64,000 nt of DNA, from assembly GCF_011386835.1 (NCBI RefSeq), contig NC_088791.1:349928001-349992000 (forward strand), in the 5' to 3' direction. The notes beneath the pieces are model-generated. The model had not been told where the DNA came from and ran no database searches. It saw only the letters and a list, made by a program, of their open reading frames with translations. Of this stretch, positions 59,720 to 64,000 are shown in pieces (position 1 is the first letter of the stretch; each line of letters begins with the position of its first letter). The DNA comes from Chrysemys picta bellii (taxonomy: Eukaryota). Both the position numbers and the translations under genes were made by a program.

Positions 59720-62237
59720 TGACAGCACATCAAATAGTAAAACGCCACCTCACAGCAGTAGTAGGGGAGGATCTTTGCCATGTAATATTCAATCATAGCC
59801 ACGAGAAAATGCTAGTGGTTTAAAACTGTGAACCCAGTAACCAGTCACGTGGACGGGATCTTAAAAACATATGGGGAATAGACAGACAGGGTAACGTTTA
59901 TCAATTCACAGGATAAATTGAGCGTATCCATTCACATACATAGCCTTCAGCTAAAATGAAGGAACATTCACGGGAACTTGGGTCATGACCCCAGGTATTA
60001 GCAAATGTATTTACCATGTACAAGTATGTGATGGTGCCTACCCAACACAAACACACACCTCACCCCATCCACTCTATTCACCACTGACATTACCCCACCA
60101 ATGGAATGTCCAATTCTACAACCTTGGCCCACATCAGGAATTTTCCTGGACCCTACCAGAGAGTATATGGTACAGAATGTGGGACGGATATATGTGCTAC
60201 TAAAACTAAATTTTGCTAGTATGACCATGCCAATACAGTGCCCCCAACAATATAAAGATTGGTTCGATTCAGAAATTAAAATGCAATTTCAATTTTGGAA
60301 GGGGTTTCAAAATCCCTTACCAAAACAGCAAAGGGGGAAAAAAAAGAGGTCTTATGAGGACCGTCCTGGGAGGCTCAGAACTTGGCATGTCCATATGGAA
60401 TTCCACAGGTATCGAAAATCTCAATCTGAAAATAAACAGCATCATTGATGGAATAGGTAAAATGGTCAAAACAGAAGGAGGCATTAGTAGCCTATTTCTG
60501 GGTCAACATGCAATTACAATTGACAACATACATTCAATTGCTCAAGGGTTCAGCCATCTAAATTCTACTATTTTGTCAATTATTAACAGCATGGAAAAAG
60601 AATGACGTTTCACTGGCAGTTGCCTGTGTGGGATGGTGATCGGGTAATTGAAATGATCAAACAAAGTTTATTATTACACTTACAGTTACAAAATTGGCCA
60701 CGAGTACTAGACCACACAGCTATTTTAAAACAAACACAAGAGCAAGGAGTAAAATAATATTGCTCCTATGTTCCTACAGTTTGCTAAATTTGATAAGGTT
60801 TCAAGCTTAGATCATGACAACAGTGAAAGCCTTCAAATCATAGATTCATAGATTCATAGATTCTAGGACTGGAAGGGACCTCGAGAGGTCATCGAGTCCA
60901 GTCCCCTGCCCGCATGGCAGGACCAAATACTGTCTAGACCATCCCTGATAGACATTTATCTAACCTACTCTTAAATATCTCCAGAGATGGAGATTCCACA
61001 ACCTCCCTAGGCAATTTATTCCAGTGTTTAACCACCCTGACAGTTAGGAACTTTTTCCTAATGTCCAACCTAGACCTCCCTTGCTGCAGTTTAAACCCAT
61101 TGCTTCTTGTTCTATCCTTAGAGGCTAAGGTGAACAAGTTTTCTCCCTCCTCCTTATGACACCCTTTTATATACCTGAAAACTGCTATCATGTCCCCTCT
61201 CAGTCTTCTCTTTTCCAAACTAAACAAACCCAATTCTTTCAGCCTTCCTTCATAGGTCATGTTCTCAAGACCTTTAATCATTCTTGTTGCTCTTCTCTGG
61301 ACCCTTTCCAATTTCTCCACATCTTTTTTAAAATGCGGTGCCCAGAACTGGACACAATACTCCAGCTGAGGCCTAACCAGAGCAGAGTAGAGCAGAAGAA
61401 TGACTTCTCGTGTCGTGCTCACAACACACCTGTTGATACATCCCAGAATCATGATAGCCATCGCAAGGTGAATGCACGACGCAGTCAAGTGTGGGAATTT
61501 TGGTAAATAATACGCACAGCATTACCCCATTGTGTGCTTAGTAACTGAAACTGGCTTGGAAATTAACCAGGCTTATTGCACAAAACATAATGGATGATGT
61601 CTGTGTCAATATTATGCTACAATTGATACCAACAACACAAAAAGAGGCTGGGCCCGATCGGTACAAAAAGAATTAGTCAATGAGGTGGTACGAATACAAG
61701 ATGTGGTATGTGCACTGAGATATTCTAATTTTTCTACACATGGAACCATCTGTCCTGGAATTGATACAGGATTTTGTGTGCAAGTCAACAGCACAGTTCA
61801 AATCGGAACCCAGGCCTTTTGGCCAACAAGTAGTGTTAGCACTGCCACTGAAGTTATTGCTCCTCCTGGCAACCTGCAAGATTTATTAATTGAATTGTTT
61901 CCCCATTCTAAACTACAATTGGACATACACGATTTGATGGCAAGAACCAAGGAAGCCTTAATATCCATAGCTTACCTTATCCAACAACAAATAGAAGAAG
62001 TAGAAAGTGTGCAAGGAGAGGTGGGAAATCCGAAAAGATATTACTCTCCACCCAATAGTCAGAATACTTAGTGTAATACTGACGGGAATACACACCATAT
62101 CAGTAATTGCACTGATGGGAATGTGTTGCTACATGCAACGTCAAACCAAGAAGGCCAAATTACAACACCAGGTTGAGAAACAAATGGAACTAGCTATCAA
62201 CACTGCCATAGTAATGAACAATCCTTATAAGGAATAA
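59720..62237 (+). pseudogene. Decayed endogenous retroviral env (class I fusion glycoprotein with long ectodomain)
   Basis: RGKKR|GLMRTVLGGSELGMSIWNSTGIENLNLKI (basic cleavage site and fusion peptide), heptad-like run, Cys-containing segment after the CR1, TM helix ILSVILTGIHTISVIALMGMCCY (~62064-62132) and a short tail ending at TAA 62237; several stops and frameshifts. Confidence 0.75.
60838..61453 (-). mobile_element. Young CR1 3' fragment inserted in env
   Basis: Uninterrupted minus ORF ...[38 protein letters not shown]...; (TCATAGAT)3 tail. Confidence 0.95.
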
Positions 62238-62313
62238 TCAAATGCTTATTAATATTTAAATGTCAATGTTTTTACTTGAATAGTTTATAAAGGTGTGTTG
62301 GACCAAATGTGTC

Positions 62314-63658
62314 TGTAGTGAGGCCGAGTGGCCTCCCTCCTCAAGGGAGAGCGAGGGTCCACTACACTCCCCTTGATGGGCGTAACCTAGCCTGCCATGC
62401 CTCCCTCGCCGGAAGTACAGGAGCGGGGCCAGAAGTATAAGAGGAAGGCCCTGAAGTTCTGTGGGGGTGGAACCCTCAGAGGAGAAGGACGCCCCGCCAG
62501 TCCTGCAGCACCCCGGAGGGGAATCTGCGCCCGGGTGTCCCCGATCCCCAGAAGCGGATGACGCCGAAGAGGACTGGCCGGGACTACCTGCCGCTGTGTA
62601 CCCAGAGGAGCCGGAGGAGGCCTGGAGGCCAGGGGTACCAAGCCCTGGGGAGGCAGGAAATAACTCAGGGGCAGCCACAGAGCAGCCGGCTGCAGAGCTA
62701 GGTGTGGCTCAGTTGCCGTGTTGCGGCTGGATCCCTGCCGACACAGGAGTGGCCAATCCTGCCATTGCCAGGGCCCTGGGCTGGAACGCAGTGGAGTAGG
62801 GTGGGCCGCATCCCCCTGCCACCCCGCCCCGGGGTCGCCGACATCTTACACTTCACCGGGAAGCTCCTGCTCTGGAGAAGGAACCTCCCTTACCAGCCCA
62901 CTCATAGACTGCTGCTTTGGTGGCTACCTGAGCCCCACCCAGGCTAAAGACAGCCCTGAGACTGTTTGTTGCTGGCAGCCTGAGCCTTCTCAAGCCCAGG
63001 CCAGAGCCTGTATGAGACTGTTTGTCACCCAGCCCTATTGTGGGGCCGGGGACTAGAAGACACACAGGGTCTTGACTGGCCTCAGGGCGGAGACAAAGAC
63101 CCTAGGCCAGGGGTGGCCAACCTGAGCTTGAGAAGGAGCCAGAAATTACCAATGTACATTGCCAAAGAGCCATAAAAATATGTCAGCAGCCCCCCAGCCC
63201 CGCTCCGAGCGCCTCCCACCCACTGGCAGCTTCGCCGATCAGCGCCTCCCCGTCCCTCCCCACACCTCCCGATCAACTGTTTCATGATATGCAGGAGGCT
63301 CTTGGGGGAGGAGCGAAGACACGGCAGGCTCAGGGGAGGGGGCAGGGCCTGTGGCAGAGCCAGGGGTTGAGCAGTGAGCCCTCCCCGGCACATTGGAAAG
63401 TTGGCGCCTGTAGCTCCAGCCCCGGAGTCGGTGCCTAGACAAGGAGCCGCATATTAACTTCTGAAGAGCCACATGTGGCTCCGGAGCCACAGGTTGGCCA
63501 CCCCTGCCCATGGCGGTTCCTGGGATGCTTGCCGTGGCCAGACAAGCCCCAATAAAGAGACAGCCTACACCTTGGGACCTGCCGTCCTGACTGCGGGATG
63601 ACGGAGGCAAGCAGACTGAGTGGCCTCACTCCTCATGGGAGAGCGAGGGTCCACTACA
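62314..63658 (+). mobile_element. Solo LTR (Gypsy-type) with nested MITE
   Basis: TGTAGTG...CACTACA TIRs; 5-bp TSD GTGTC at 62309-62313 and 63659-63663; GAAGTATAAGAGG TATA-like box at ~62435. Confidence 0.88.
63108..63506. mobile_element. hAT-type MITE nested in the LTR
   Basis: Perfect 17-bp TIRs CAGGGGTGGCCAACCTG; degenerate 8-bp TSD CCCTAGGC/CCCATGGC. Confidence 0.9.
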
Positions 63659-63859
63659 GTGTCCTATCCGGAATACTCGAGGTACAAACATGTATATACT
63701 CATATATACACCTATGCCCATTATTTACACATATATCTATGTATGCATACCAGTTATTCATATATCATTTATCATAAGGAGTATACCTGGTGCTCAACCG
63801 TTCAAGGAAATGATCATGCAATCCCTCATACATATCACTATATATATCTACATTAACGA

Positions 63860-64000
63860 GAGAGAAAATATCATATTGCCTCTGTAGAAATCCATGGAAT
63901 ACTCACACCTTGAATACTTCATGACGTTTTGGTTGCCCCATCTCAAAAAGTATATATTTGAATAGGAAAAAGTACAGATAAGGGTGTCAAAATATTCAGG
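63860..64000 (+). mobile_element. Old CR1 ORF2 fragment running off the window edge
   Basis: GAAAATATCATATTGCCTCTGTA.AAATCCATGG...CACCTTGAATAC...CCCCATCTCAAAAAG resembles the reverse complement of 7590-7690. Confidence 0.7.

Noticed and set aside
62256-63629. Cluster of 70-140-aa ORFs on both strands
   Set aside because: All lie inside a TSD-flanked solo LTR or its nested MITE
63620-63887. His/Tyr/Ile-rich ORFs
   Set aside because: Artefact of (TA/CA)-rich low-complexity sequence

Overview
Vertebrate genomic DNA, most likely turtle (inferred from the repeat families). It holds a tandem cluster of five intact single-coding-exon class I (OR51-like) olfactory receptor genes, all 311 aa on the + strand at 3612, 15591, 26395, 38540 and 51585 (called OR1-OR5 below), each in a duplicated ~11-13 kb unit (U1-U5). 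The intergenic DNA is dense with transposons: CR1 LINE fragments, solo LTRs with clear target-site duplications (TSDs), hAT-type MITEs with 8-bp TSDs, two Penelope ends, MIR-like SINEs and a probable Utopia/NeSL 3' end. Presence or absence of insertions and mosaic sequence patches record recent unequal crossover and gene conversion between units. The most notable non-OR signal is a decayed viral envelope or fusion glycoprotein gene at ~59.7-62.2 kb. It shows a furin site, fusion peptide, heptad region, long Cys-containing ectodomain and TM helix, is split by a young CR1, and follows an unexplained 180-aa ORF. No tRNA, rRNA or CRISPR was seen. Repeat family names come from recall and are not database-verified.
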